From Vicugna vicugna (taxonomy: Eukaryota): a stretch of 56,541 nucleotides of DNA. The position numbers and the translations under genes are program-made. Positions 1 through 13,200 of the stretch are shown here, in pieces. Positions within the stretch are counted from its first letter, which is position 1; each line of letters opens with the position of its first letter. Below the pieces are notes generated by a model. That model did not search any database. It saw only the letters and a program-made list of their open reading frames with translations, and was not told where the DNA came from. The DNA lies in contig MU058289.1 of NCBI GenBank assembly GCA_013265495.1, positions 1,240,001 through 1,296,541 on the forward strand, in the 5' to 3' direction.

Positions 1-280
1 AGTGATTCAGTATTTTATAGATTGTATTCCAAAAAATGGCTCTGTTCTCTTGTGCTGTACGTCCCATCCTTGTTGCTGATCTGTTTTATACATAGCAGTT
101 TAGGTCTCTTGCCCCTCCTCCTTTCCACCTCTCCACTGGTAACCACTAGTTTTGTTCTCTGTGAGTCTGTTTCTGTTTTGTTTTATATATATATTTGTTT
201 GTTTTATTTTTTAGATTCCACGTAAGTGATCACGTGCAGTATTTGTCCTTGTCTAACTTAGACTTTCACTTAGCATAATT
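1..280 (-). mobile_element. LINE-1 3' end fragment
   Basis: Reverse-strand L1 3'UTR motifs (ctggtaaccactagttttgttctctgtgagtctgtttc; ttttagattccacgtaagtgatc). Confidence 0.8.
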
Positions 281-284
281 AGGT

Positions 285-1760
285 TTTAAATTGGGTAAGG
301 TATTTTCTCTTTGTTCTTTTTCTGAATTATTTTATCAATTCTACTCCCTTTTGCCTTTTCATATAAATTTTGTAACTGCCTTTTGAATATATTTAAAAAG
401 AACTTGATTTAAAAACTTGATGAAATTTTGATTAGATTGTATAGAATCAAAAGATTAGAGAGAGTTGACAGTTTAACAGTATTGAGTCTTCCAAACCATG
501 ATCATGAAATACCTTTCCATTTATTTAAATCTGCTCTGATTTTTTTAATCAATGTTTTATAATTCTCAGCATACAGATTCTGCACATATTATTGGATATT
601 CATTCTACTCTGTAGGGGTTTTTTTTCCCACTCTACCTTTTTTGTTGCTATATAGTTGATGTACAATATTATATATGTTTCAGGTGTACAGTATAGTGAT
701 TCACCATTTTTAAAGATTATACTTCACTTATAGTTCTTATAAAATATTGACCATATTTCCTGTGCTGTACAATATATTTTTATAGCTTATTTATTTTATA
801 CATAATAACTTGTACCTATTAACCCCCTTATCCCCTCCTTGCCTTTCCCTACTTCTCTCTCCCCACTGGTAGCCACTAGTTTGTTCTCTATATCTGTGAG
901 TCTCTTTTCTTTTTTGTTACATTCAATAGTTTGTTTTATTTTTAAGATTCCACATGTAAGTGATATCATACAGTAATTGTCTTTCTTTTACTTATTTCAC
1001 TTAACATAATACCCTCCAAATCAATCTATGTTGTTTTAAGTGGCAAAATTTCATTCTTTTAAATGGTTGAGTAGTATTCCATTGTATATATATTTTCCAC
1101 ACCTTTATCCATTCAACTCTTGGCTATTATAAATAATGCTGCTGTGAACATTGGGTGCATGTATCTTTTCAGATTAGTGTTTTTATTTTCTTTGGCTATA
1201 TACCCAAGAGTGGAATTGCTGGACCATATGGTTCTATTTTTAGTTTTTGAGGAACCTTCACACTATTTTCCACCGTGGCTGCACCAGTTTACATTCCCAC
1301 CAACGATGTACAAAGGTTCCCTTTTCTCCACATCCTTGCCAACAAATTTTGTAGATTTTTGAGTTTTGTTTTTTTTTTTAATCATGAATGGAGGCTGAAT
1401 TTTATAGGGTCAGTTACATTGACTTATTTTTAAATGTTGAACCAGCCTTTCATTCCTGCATTGACTCTCTCTTCTTTATGATATGTTATCTTTCTTATGT
1501 TGGATTCAGTTAGAAATATATTGTTCAGTATATTTGTGTCTATAATCTTAAGAGATACTAGTCTGTAGTTTTTGTAATATGTTTTTGTCGTTAGTATTAA
1601 GGTAATGATGACCTCATAAAATGAGACGGACAGTGTTCCATCTTTTTCTGTTTTCTAGAGGAAACTGTACAAAATTGATATTTGGTATTTGGTATTATTT
1701 CATCCTTAGGTGTATCATAGGATTTAGTGGTTAATTGTCTGGCCCCATATTTATATTCTC
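285..1760 (-). mobile_element. Old L1M ORF2 fragments with a younger L1 3' end (~640-1350) nested inside
   Basis: Degraded minus-strand ORF2 motifs (attgagtcttccaaaccatgatcatg; gttgaaccagcctttcattcctg) flank a younger 3'UTR/ORF2 end (gctgtgaacattgggtgcatgtatc...ccttttctccacatccttgccaac). Confidence 0.75.
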
Positions 1761-2664
1761 TGAAAAACCCTGTTGTGAATTTATCTTAGAGCTTATTGAA
1801 TTTATAGATCCATTGACAAAGGATGTACTCCTTTATATTGTTAATCTTTCCATTTACATACATATGCTGTGTGTATTTATTTTATACATAACTTTATAAT
1901 TTATTATAAATATTTACAATTTTCATTATCCAGATTGCATGTACCTGTTTTGTGTCTTTTTACCTGGCTGTTCCCTGGCACAGCAGACTCACTACATCCA
2001 CTCAGACTGTGCTCACTTCTGCCTTGTAAACCTTGTCTGGGGAGTGGCAGTGACTGTTCTCACTGACATCTGACTCAGACCCCTGGGAATCTGCTTGCCC
2101 TCTGCCTCCATATCTCCAACATCTTCTCATGCCCTGAAGTTCTCTAGGCATCCAGGTTTCACTCAGAATTTATTTTGTACATTCTGTCTCCTTTGCCTGC
2201 AGCATCCCTCTGACTTCTCTGTCAGGCAGTTTCTAACTCTGTTAGGAAACAACTCGTGGCACACCTCCTGGGAGACCTCTTGTGATCTCTTTCATTCTCT
2301 CATCTGGACAGAACTGGTGCACCTTACCTGTGCTCTCTTAGCATTGTGATGAGATGTTCTCTTGGGGCCAACATGCTACAGGTAATGCCATCATTATTCT
2401 GTCCACCCTCCTCAACTATAAGGAGGACCCTTTCACCGGACCCTCACTCTTCCTCACCAAGCCCTCCTGAGTTTCCCTTTTTAAATGTCAAGAGTCCAAG
2501 GAGCAGAAAAGAATGAAATTGTAGAACCTGGATTTCAGATTGTCAAAACATAACAGGCTCAGAGGCATTATTTTCATCTTCATTTTCCTTCTAAAGTGGT
2601 GATTTTGTTTCTTCTCTGTTGGCATCATTAATAGGTTATTGGTATGTATTGAATTCTTTTCCAG

Positions 2665-3970
2665 GAGCGAGAGAAAAATGAGTCTAGAGAGTCAGCCACT
2701 TGTCACCTGCTCTTGTCTGAGGGACCCTCACTTCAGGTATGGCCGAGACAGGGAGCTTCAAGGGACTCCAGGATTGGAGAAACCAAAACTCAACAAGGGC
2801 CATCAGAAATGCAGGAAGGAATCTTAAGGCCTGGGATAGATCCCCACAAGACTAGCCCTGGGAAGATAAGCCCTAATTGTGATGAGTTGGGAACAGATGA
2901 CAGTCTGCACTCTGGAGTCTTACAGGAGCAAATCCCTCCTGTAGGTGTCCTCCATGAAAGTGACCCACACAGACTAGTTAAAGCCCCCAGGAATCATGCA
3001 CAGAAGAACCATCATGGGTATAGTGAATGCAGGAATACCAGGAGTCAGGATCTTGCACAGCATGACTGTGTTCATGCTGAAGTGAAGCCTTACGAGTGCA
3101 TACAGTGTAGGAAGGCCTTCGGCTGTACCTCAGACCTCATGCAGCACCAGCAGATTCACACTGGAGGAAAACCTTTTGAGTGCAAAGAATGTGGAAAAGC
3201 CTTCAAACATACAAAGCACCAGTGGGTTCACACTGCAGAGAGGCCCTATAAGTGCAGTAAATGTGGAAAGGCCTTCATCCCACAGTCTACTTTTATTAAG
3301 CATCGTATGACCCACACTGGAGTAAAACCCTTTGTATGCAAAGACTGTGGGGAAGCCTTTTGCTACAGGTTTAATTTGAGTCAACACGTGAAGAGTCACA
3401 CTGGAGGGAAGCCCTATGAGTGCAGTGAATGTGGGAAAGCTTTTTCTCGCAAGTCACACCTCACGGAGCACCGGCGGATTCACACTGGAGGGAAGCCCTA
3501 TGAATGCAGTAAATGTGGAAGGTCTTTCTCCTACCACCCAGGTTTTGTCAAACATAGTTGGATCCACACTGGCTAGAAACTCTTTAAGTGCAAAGAATGT
3601 GGGAAAACTTTTTGCTCCAAGTTTAATTTGAGTCAACACATGAGGATTCACATTCGAGGCAAGCCCTGTGAATGCAATAAATATGGACAGGCCTTCGACC
3701 AACACTCACCTTATATTCATCAATATGACCCAAAGTAGAGAGAAAACACTTGAATGCAAAGTCTGTGGGAAAGCCTTTTGCTACAACTCTAATCTAAATT
3801 AACAAATGAATATTCACACTGGAGAGAAGCTCTATGAGTGCATCAAGTGTGAGAAAGCTTTCATACACCTCATAAAACACCAGCAGATTCCCATGAGATA
3901 AGCCAGTAAATGTGGAATGGCCTTTACCTAACACTCATCTTTCATTCATCACTATAGGATCCTTACTGTA
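2665..3970 (+). pseudogene. C2H2 zinc-finger terminal exon of a KRAB-ZNF, ZNF599/ZNF264/ZNF805-like, disabled
   Basis: Acceptor tttttccag|G at 2664/2665. The linker SEMQEGILRPGIDPHKTSPGKISP..LGTDDSLHSGVLQEQ resembles the ZNF264/ZNF599 clade (from recall). There are tandem C2H2 fingers with TGxKPY linkers, one carrying a 4-aa deletion (KAFK-HTKH), and an in-frame TAG at 3574-3576 replaces the linker Glu. Degenerate, frameshifted fingers continue to ~3970. The normal phase-1 reading from the acceptor hits TGA at 2679-2681. KRAB exons are not in the window. Confidence 0.8.
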
Positions 3971-4124
3971 GGAAACTATTATTTATACGACTTCATGAAA
4001 TACCAAAATGGCCCTCCCTTGCTCTCCTGTTCCCCATGGGTAAATTTTCTCATTCACCTCTCTCCCCCACCTCCATGGCCTACTCTTGCCACAGCTGCTG
4101 GCTCCTGACAGAGTGTTTCCTGCT

Positions 4125-4330
4125 CAGTGTAGTGCTCTGAGCCCTGTCTCTGGAGCCATAACACCTGGTGTCAGATCCCAACTCTGCTGGCTAGAAGCTG
4201 TACTGACCTGTGCAAGTTACTAAATCTTTCTCTGCCTCAGTTTCCTCATTGGTAAAATAGGTACTTTAAAAATAAAGTATTTACTTCACAGGGCTGTTGT
4301 GAGAGTAAATGGTTTAATGTATGACAAAAC
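4125..4330 (+). mobile_element. MIR SINE
   Basis: MIR core: ...gtgcaagttactaaatctttctctgcctcagtttcctcattggtaaaatagg...agggctgttgtgagagtaaatgg. Confidence 0.8.
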
Positions 4331-4959
4331 TGAGAACAGAATCCGTTGCTCCAAGTGTGTGTGGGTTGGCAGTTAAGATCCCTGCTGCTGTTGCTACTTG
4401 AAATTGATTTACCACCATTATTATCACCATCACCTATGTCACTGCCTGGATTTAAGACTTTGGAGCAATTCTGTGATGCTTTGTGGTTAAACAGCATAGA
4501 TACCAGAGATGGCCAGACACAGATTCCCAACTTGGATCAGCTCCTTACCATTTCCTTCCATTTCAGCAAATCAGACTGTTTCCTTGACATTCTTTATCTT
4601 CACTTTAAAATGGTGCCTTTCAAGGAACTGCATGAATCGTTTCATGTTATTTTACTTCAAATGTAGACTTTGCTCAGTTTAAGACTTACACACAGTGACA
4701 CCAGCAAGACAGTGGAATAGGAGATGCTCTCACAGATACTCCAGTTTGACAGTGATCCGTGCACAAAAATAACCTTCTTGAAAGCTCTAGTATCCAGGTG
4801 AGAGATTACAGTAGTCAGATGAAGCATATAAATGAGAAAAGGTGCATTGAAGGATGTAGGATTAACAGTTTCAGTTACATGCATCACCTCTTCCTCAAAC
4901 CCATGTAGATAAGTGCTGAGAGAAGTTCCCTCCACTCAGGAGCTCTCTTGTGGGGAAGA

Positions 4960-7740
4960 GTGATGTAAGTTTTTTACTTTGTCACAGGTCCAGGGTCCTG
5001 ACCCACTATCCTGGTAGCCTTCACCCAAAGACACAGGCTTTGACCTTCTCTAGTGGACCCTGGAGCCAAGGCACCCCCCTCAGATTCAGGTTCTAGGCCT
5101 GTCTGGGTTCTAGGCTGGACCCTGTAGACCCAGCCTCCAGGCCCATCACTGCAGATGTGGGTTCCAGACCAGCCCCTGCAGACCCAAGCTTCAGGCCTAC
5201 CTCAGGAGTCCCTAGTGCCAGTTCACCCCGTCAATTCCAGGTTCCAGGCCCACCTCTGGGCCCATGCTCCAGGCCTGGGCCATATGACTCAGGTCCTAGG
5301 CCCTCCACGGTGGAGCCAGGCTCCAAGTCTGCATTGGTCCCTGGTGACAGGCTGGACCCTGTACAGCCAGGTTCCAGGCTTATCCCAGCAACCCAGGATC
5401 GCCTCTATAAATCCAAGCTCCAGGCCTGTCCCAGTAGATGGGCTATATGGCTGATGTCAGGCTGGCTCCTGTAGGCCCTGACAACAGGTCTGTCCACCCA
5501 TGGACCCTGGTATCAGGCCTTCCTGAGGAACTTGCCAGCTGCCTTTCCCAGAACGTGTGCCCAGGCTGATTGGTGAAGGGCTTTCCATGTAGAAGCTTAT
5601 TCATAATGACCAAAAAAGATATCTTCCTTAAATGTGCAGACATCAGTGGAAGACTGTAGAGATAACAAATAATCAGGAAAACAATGCCACCAAAGGGGTA
5701 AAATAAAGCACCTGTAACTGACCCTAAAGGTGTGGAGATCTACAAATAGACTGAAAAAGAATTCAAAATACTCATCATAATGAAGCTGGGTGAGCTATCA
5801 GCGAGCACAGATATCTAACCAAGTAAATTCAGGATAACAAACATGAACAAAATGAGATGTTCACAATGTGACAAATCTTTAAAAAGAACCAAACAAATTT
5901 TGGTGCTAAAGAACTCAGTGACCTAAAAAATTCAATATAGAGCTTTAACAGCAAACTTTACCAGACAGAAGGAATAATCAGTGAGTTCAAAATCAGTTCT
6001 TTTGAAAATACAGAGAAAACAAAGGAGTGAAGAAAGTCTACTGGATCACAAAACAAGTCTTAACAAATCTAAGAAGAGTGAAATTATTCCAGGTATCTTT
6101 TCCAGCCAGAATGGAGTGGAACCAAAATTCAGTAACAAAAGAAAAATGGAAAAATTTGCAAATAAATGTAAATTGAACAACATGCTCTTGAAAAACCATT
6201 GTCTCCAAGAAGAAAGCAAAAGGGAAAATAAAAACTATCTGCAGATAATTGAAAAGGAAAACACACCAAAACTAATGGGATACAGTAAAGGCTGTACTAA
6301 GAGGGAGGTTTATAGTGATAACTTCCTGCATTAAACAATCTCAAACAGCCTAGTAATATACCTCAAAGAATAAGAAAAGGAACAAATTAAGCCCAAAGTT
6401 AGCAGAAGATAGAAATAAAGATTAGAGTAGAAATAAATGAAATAACTATAGGGGAAAAAAAGCTGGTTCTTTCAAAAGAGAAACAAAATCAATAAACCTT
6501 TAGCTAGGCTGACTAAGAACAAAGGAGGGAAGACTCGAAATCAGAAAGGAAAAGGAAATATTACAAGTAATGCCACAGAATTTTTTTAATTATAAAGGAT
6601 TATTATGAGCAATTACATGCCAACAAACTGGACAAGCTAGGACAGTTGGGTAAATTCCTAGAAACATCAGTCTACCAAGACTGACTCAAGATAAACAAAG
6701 CCTAGACAAACAGATAACAAATAATGAGGCTGAAAGAGAAATTTTAAAAACCTTTCAAGAAAGAGATACCTAGGACCAGATGGTTTCACAGGTGAATTCT
6801 ACTCAACATTTAAAGAATTACTTAAGTCACCTATACATACAGTTATACCTTGTATTTTTTAATGGAAAAAAAATTACTACCAGTCCTTCATAAGGTCTTC
6901 CAAAAACAAAAAGAAGAGGGAACACTTCGAAACTATTTTTATGAGGCCAGCATCACCCTGATACCAAAGCCAGATAAAGACACTGAAAGAAAAGAAAACT
7001 ACAGACCAAAATCCTTGACGAGCGTGGATGAAAAATATTCTATAAAATATTTGCAAACTGAATTCAGCAGTACATGAAAAGGACCATACACTGTGACCAA
7101 GTAGGATGTATCCCTGGGATGCAAGGATAGTTCAAACACAGCAAAATAATGTGATACACTATATTAACAGAATGAAGGCTAAAAATGACATGGTCATCTC
7201 AATAAAGGTAAAGAAAATTTGGCATAAGTACAATGGAATGTTATGCAGCTTTTAAAGGAAATCCTGCCATTGGCAATAACATGGATGAATCTGAGGACCT
7301 TATGGTTAGTGCAATAAGCCAAATACAAAAGAACACATATTTAGTGATAGCACTTATATGAGTCAAAATAGTCATAGAAACAGACAGTGGATTGGAGGTT
7401 CCCAAGGCCTGAGCAGAGGGGGAAACATGCAGGTATTAGTCAAAGGGTACAAAGGTTTTATTACACAAGATAATTTATAGAGCTCTCTACAACATAGTGC
7501 TTGGTTAACAGTACTATTTTATACTTGGAAGTATGCTAAGCAGTGTATCTTTATGTTGAATGTTACCAAAGTAAGAGTAGGGGGAATGTTTTGAAGGTGA
7601 TTGGTAAGTTTGTGCCATGGATTGTAGCGATGTTATAATGATTGCATGGTTTTGATTTCATCAAGCTGTATACATGAATATACTTTCTGTATGTAAAAAA
7701 GTGTTTTTTAATAAAGCCATTTTAGTGGCTGTGAAAAAAA
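4960..7740 (+). mobile_element. Old, internally deleted LINE-1 (5'UTR with CCAGG-rich subrepeats, ORF1/ORF2 remnants, 3'UTR)
   Basis: gacccag/ccaggc subrepeats at 5000-5520; ORF1 remnant ~5640-6000; ORF2 remnants (HKTSLNK; FYEASITLIPKPDKD..KENYRP); 3'UTR ~7230-7700 ending in an A-rich tail. Confidence 0.8.
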
Positions 7741-8544
7741 AAGGTGAAGAACATTATAAGATCATATAGTTAGTGAAAGGAAAAGTTTGAACCTTGGTCT
7801 GATACCAGAGCAATTCAGTGTGGCAAAAAAATGTAATAGTTCATATGGAATGCAGTGTATATCCTAAACGGAAATGACTAGCTCAGTTTGATGGCAGAGG
7901 ATATAAAATACTTCCCAGAGAAGCAGTTGCTTTATTTGAGTCTTCATAAATAACAGTTATCCATACATACAGTTATACCTTGTCCTGATCACAGGAGGAG
8001 GTAGTAGCATGTCTCAGGATATGACAGTGGAAGTATCAGCTGAAACACCAAGATGTGATAGGCACTAGATACCAAAGTGAGTTGTAAGACACAGAATGAA
8101 GATGTTTATTGGAAATGCCCAATAATGAGTTTCATAATTGTTCAGCCTCTCAACCTATATGTGGAACTAAAAAGAGTTAAGAGCTGGAGATATGAGAGTC
8201 TTGTAAAGTGATTTCATTTGGAGAAAGCAGCATGGTGAGATCACAGTTCTCTTTAAAGGGAGAATGATTCTCTGTTCCTCACTTCAGACTTGGCAAACCT
8301 TCAACAGAACATTTCGAGAGATACATACCTACCCTGATTTTCTGAAAGCAAGATCAAAAGCAAAGATGAAATAGGAGAATAAAAAACAGTGGAATTGTGT
8401 TCCAAAAATACCTTCATTTATTTTCATGGTAGGGAAATAAAAATGTTTTATAAAAAACAAAAAAAGATTCATCAAGTTCTTAAATGAGGACATGCAATAT
8501 GTTAAGTATGTCAAATTCATTTACCTACATTTTTAAGAAGTAAT

Positions 8545-8690
8545 TTTGTCAGGGTTCTCCAGGAAAACAGAACCAGTAGAATGTGTCTAAGTAAATACAT
8601 TAAAGGGAGACTTACTTTGAGGAATTGCCTCATGGTTCTGGAGGTTAGTAAATCTGAAATCTTCAGGGAAGCATGATGGAAAACTGGACT
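8545..8690 (-). mobile_element. MLT2-like (ERVL) LTR fragment
   Basis: gtcagggttctccaggaaaacagaaccagtaga...gaggaattgcctcatggttctggaggtt matches the recalled MLT2 end. Confidence 0.6.
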
Positions 8691-9040
8691 GGTATCCACA
8701 AAATGAACCATTCGACAAAATGAGCCAACCTATATCCACTTGTTTATTAAAATCCTTCTCTGGTGAGGTCACCTTCTGGTGAGTGTTCCTGTTTATTTTT
8801 TTCTTCTCAAAATATTTCATTATATCAATAATTGCAAAGTATTTATCCACTTTTAGGGACATTCATCTCTTTTTATAATTATATCTTAAAAATCTGACTA
8901 TACTACACTAGTCAATAAAAGATTCTCACTGGATATTTTGAATAAAGCTACTATGCACATGGGTGTACAAGTATCTGTTCAAGACTGCTTTCAGTTCTTC
9001 TGGATTATACTCTAAAATGGAATTTCATCATATGGTAGTT

Positions 9041-9539
9041 TTTTTTTTAGTAAGTATAGTTGATTTACAATGTTCTCTTAGTCTCAGGTATACAGCAAAG
9101 TGATTCAGTATGCGTGCGTGTGTGTGTATATATATATATTCTTTTCCATTATAGGTTATTACAGGATACTGACTATAATTCCCTATGCTATATAGTAAAG
9201 CCTTATTTATCTATTTCATATATATATTTGTGTTTATCTGTTAATCCCATACTCCTAATTTATCCCCTCCTTTCCCCTTTGAGAACCGTGTGAGTCTGTG
9301 TTTTGTAAATAAGTTCACTTATGATTTTTTTGTTCCACATATTAATGATACCATATTAGTAGTTGTCTTTGTCTGACTTATAATGATATCCTTGAGGTCC
9401 ATTCATGTTGCTGCAAATGGCAGTATTTCATTCTTTATGGCTGAGTAGTGTTCCATTGTGTGTGTGTGTGTGTGAGTATGTGTGTGTGTGTACCACAATA
9501 TTTCATTCTTTTTATGAGTAAGAAGTATTCCACTGTATG

Positions 9540-9577
<38 letters not shown>

Positions 9578-10154
9578 TATGTATGTGTATATACCACGTC
9601 TTTATCCAGTTGTCTGTTGATAGGCACGAGTTGTTCCCATGTCTTTTTTTTTAATTGGAGTATAGTTGCTGTATCATATAAATTGAAAGTGTAGCATATA
9701 GTGATTCACAATTTTTAAAGGCTATACTCCATTTATACTTATTGTAAAATTTTGGCTATATTCCCTAAATTGTACAATACATCCTTGTAGCTTATTTTAT
9801 ACCTGGTAGTTTGTACCTTGTAACCACCTACTTCATCTTGCCCCTCCCCCACTTCCTCTCCCCACTGATAACCACTAGTTTGTTCTCTATATCTGTGAGT
9901 CTTTTTTGTTAAATTCACTTGTTTGTTGTATTTTTTAATTCCACATTTAAGTGATATCATATGGTATTTGTCTTTATGTCTGACTTACTTAGTATGATCT
10001 CTACATCCATCCATGTAGCTGCTAATGCCAATGTTTCATTTTTATAGCTCAGTAATATTCCATTGTGTGTGTGTGTGTTAAGCCAGCTGTCTGTTGATGG
10101 GTTGTTTCTATGTCTAAGTTACTACTTCATTTTTATAGCTCAGTAATATTCCAT

Positions 10155-10185
<31 letters not shown>

Positions 10186-10190
10186 GTATG

Positions 10191-10221
<31 letters not shown>

Positions 10222-13200
10222 TCTTCTTAAGCCAGCTGTCTGTTGATGGGTTGTTTCTATGTCTAAGTTACTGTAAATGGTGCTACTGTGAACACTGGGG
10301 TGCATATATCTTTCCAAATTAGTTTTTGCTTTTTCTGGATATATGCCCAGGAGTGGGATTGCTGGATCATATGGTAACTCTATTTTTCATGTTTTAAGAG
10401 ACTTATATACTGTTTTCCATAGTGCCTTCACCAAATTACATTCCCACTGACAATGCAGAAGGGTTCCCTTTTCTCTACATTCTCTCCAGCCTTATTATGT
10501 GTACATTTTTTGATAATGGCCATTCTGACCAGTGTGAGGTGATACTTCATTGTGGTTTTGATTTGCAGTTTTCTAATACTAGCGATGTTGAGCATCTTTT
10601 CATGCCCACTGGCCATCTTTTCTTTGGAGAGATGTCTGTTTAGGTCTTCTATCCATTTTTTGATTGGGCTGGGGTTTTTTGATACTGAGTTGTATGAGCT
10701 GTTTGTATATTTTGGAAATTAAGTCCTCGTCAGTCGTATCATTTGCAAATGTTTTCTCCCAGTTTATAGGTTATCTTTTTGTTTTGTTGATAGTTTGCTT
10801 TGTTGCAAAAGCTTGTAAGATTGATCAGGTCCCATGTTTATTTTTGCTTTTCCTTTGCCTTGGGAGACTGATCTAATAAAATACTGCTTTGATTTATGTC
10901 CGAGAATGTTTTGCCTATGTTCTCCTACAGGAGTTTTATCGTGTCCTGTCTTATACTTAAGTCTTTAAGCAATTTTGTGTTTATTTTTATGTATGGCATG
11001 AGTGAGTGTTGTAACACTGATTTACATGAGGCTGTCCGGCTTTCCCAACAACACTTGCTGAGGAGACTGTCTTTTTTCCATTGTATATTTGTGCCACCTT
11101 TGTCAAAGATTGACTGTAGGGGTGTGGGTTTATTTCTGAGCTATTGTGTTTCATTAATCTATATGTCTGCTTTTTGCCATTACCATGCTGTTTTGATTTC
11201 TGTAGCTTTGTAGTATTGTCTGAAGTCTGGGAATGTTAGACTTCCAGCTTTGTTCTTTTACCTCAGGATTGCAATGGCAATTTGGGGTCTTTTGTGGAAT
11301 ATAAATTTTAGGATTATTTGTTCTAGATGTCTGAAAAATATTGTGGTTAATTTGATAGGGGTTGCAATAAATCAGATTGCTTTGGGTAGTATGGCTATTT
11401 TAACTGTGTTAATTCTGCCAATCCAAGAGCATTCTTTCCATTTCTTTGGATCATTTTTTTTTCCTTTGGATCATTTTTGATCTCCTTTATCAGTGTTTTA
11501 TGGTTCTCACCTTCTTGGTTAGGTTTACTCCTAAGTATTTTTTGACACAATTTTAAACTAGATTGTGTTTTTACCTTCTCTTTCTGATATTTCATTGTAA
11601 ATGTAAATAAACGCAACAGAAATCTGTATAGTAATCTTGTATCCTGCTACCTTGCTGAATTCATTTATTAGTTTTAATAGTTTTTGTATGGAGTATTTGA
11701 GATTTTCTATAGAGTATCATGTAATACACATATGATGACAGTTTTACCTCTTCCCCTCCAATTTGGATACCTTTTATTCCCTTTTCTTGTCTGACTGCTG
11801 TGGCTAGGACTTCCAATACTATGTTGAATGGAAGTGGTGAAAGTTGGCATCTTTGTCTTATTCCAGAATTCAGCGGAAAGGCTTTCAGCTTTTCACTGGT
11901 TGGTATTATACTGGCCGTGGGTGTATCATAAATGGCCTACATTTTAATCAAATGCTTTTTCTGCATCTGAGATGATCATGTGGTTTTGTCTTTCCTTTTG
12001 TTCATACGGTGGAATACACTGATTGTTTTGTGTGTTGTACAATCTTTGTGACCCTGGCTGCTGCTGTGCTTGCATTATCCTATCTTCTAGATCACTTATT
12101 CATTCTTCTGTATTATTTAATCTATTCATTGCCTTTAGCTCAGTTTGTATCTTTGCAATTGAGTTGTCTAATTTTGACTGACTCCTCTTTATAGTTTCTA
12201 CTTCCTTGTTACAGTGATCTGCATTTCTATCAATAATCTTTAATATTTTTTAGCATTTTACTACCTCCTTGTTGAACTTGGAGTCTGGTAGAATGAAGAG
12301 GTCTGTCTCATTGTTTATTCTTTCAGGGGATTTCTTTTTTTAATTGAGAGTAGTTCCTCTGTTTTCATTTTACTTAATTTCTCTGACTTTATAGGAGAAA
12401 CTATTATCTACTGTGGTCTTGAAAGGCTGTTCTTATATGGTAACATCCTTGTGTAGCCTGTATGAGTCCAGTATTTTTGGTGCAAAGGCTGTTAATGGTA
12501 TGGATACCTGTCACATTTGTCTTCAAAGTGTGCTGGCCGTTGTCCCACTGCTTGGGGGTAGGGAGGAAGGCTTGGTGTTGTGACCAGAGCCTGCACTGTT
12601 GGCTGGGGCTTCCTCTCTGCTCTGTGATGGTCATAGTCCTGTTGGGAGCAGGGTCTACTCCCAGTTGTTGGAGTAAAGGCCCCCAGATCTAGTTCCAAGC
12701 TGTGTTGTGAGGTAGGCAGGACTGGAACACTCCCTCTGGGGAAAAAAGCACCTGGGTTTTCCTCCCCAGGAACTGTTCACAGGATATGTGACTCTGTAAC
12801 ACTACCCACCACCAGGTGTATGTGCTTTTAAACTGCTGCTGCTGGCTCCACCCCTGGACCTATCTCCACTGTGGGAGTGCCAGCAATCAGCATGGACATC
12901 AGTTTAGTGCAAGCGTGCTTCCAAAGCACAAGCTCTCAAAGCCCACCAAACCATGCCCACTGTGGGAACATCAAAAATCGGCTCAAGCATGAGCCCTCCT
13001 CCGTGTGTGTACCCCATGAATTCCACTGCTGCTGGCACCTTACCCTGAACTTTCTCTGCAGAAACCCAGATAATTGGCTGAACCTCAGCCCAATGCATGC
13101 AGCCTCCTAACACCCGCCACAGCTGGAGCCACACCTAGCCATGAGCACGCTGACAATGAGGCTGCTATGGCAGATCCATGCCCCACACTTCGCACACTGA

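Noticed and set aside
5000..5520. Array of CCAGG-rich repeats with Pro/Gly-rich ORFs (CRISPR-like or coding repeat?)
   Set aside because: Degenerate subrepeats of an old L1 5'UTR directly upstream of ORF1 remnants; no constant repeat-spacer structure, and the context is mammalian.
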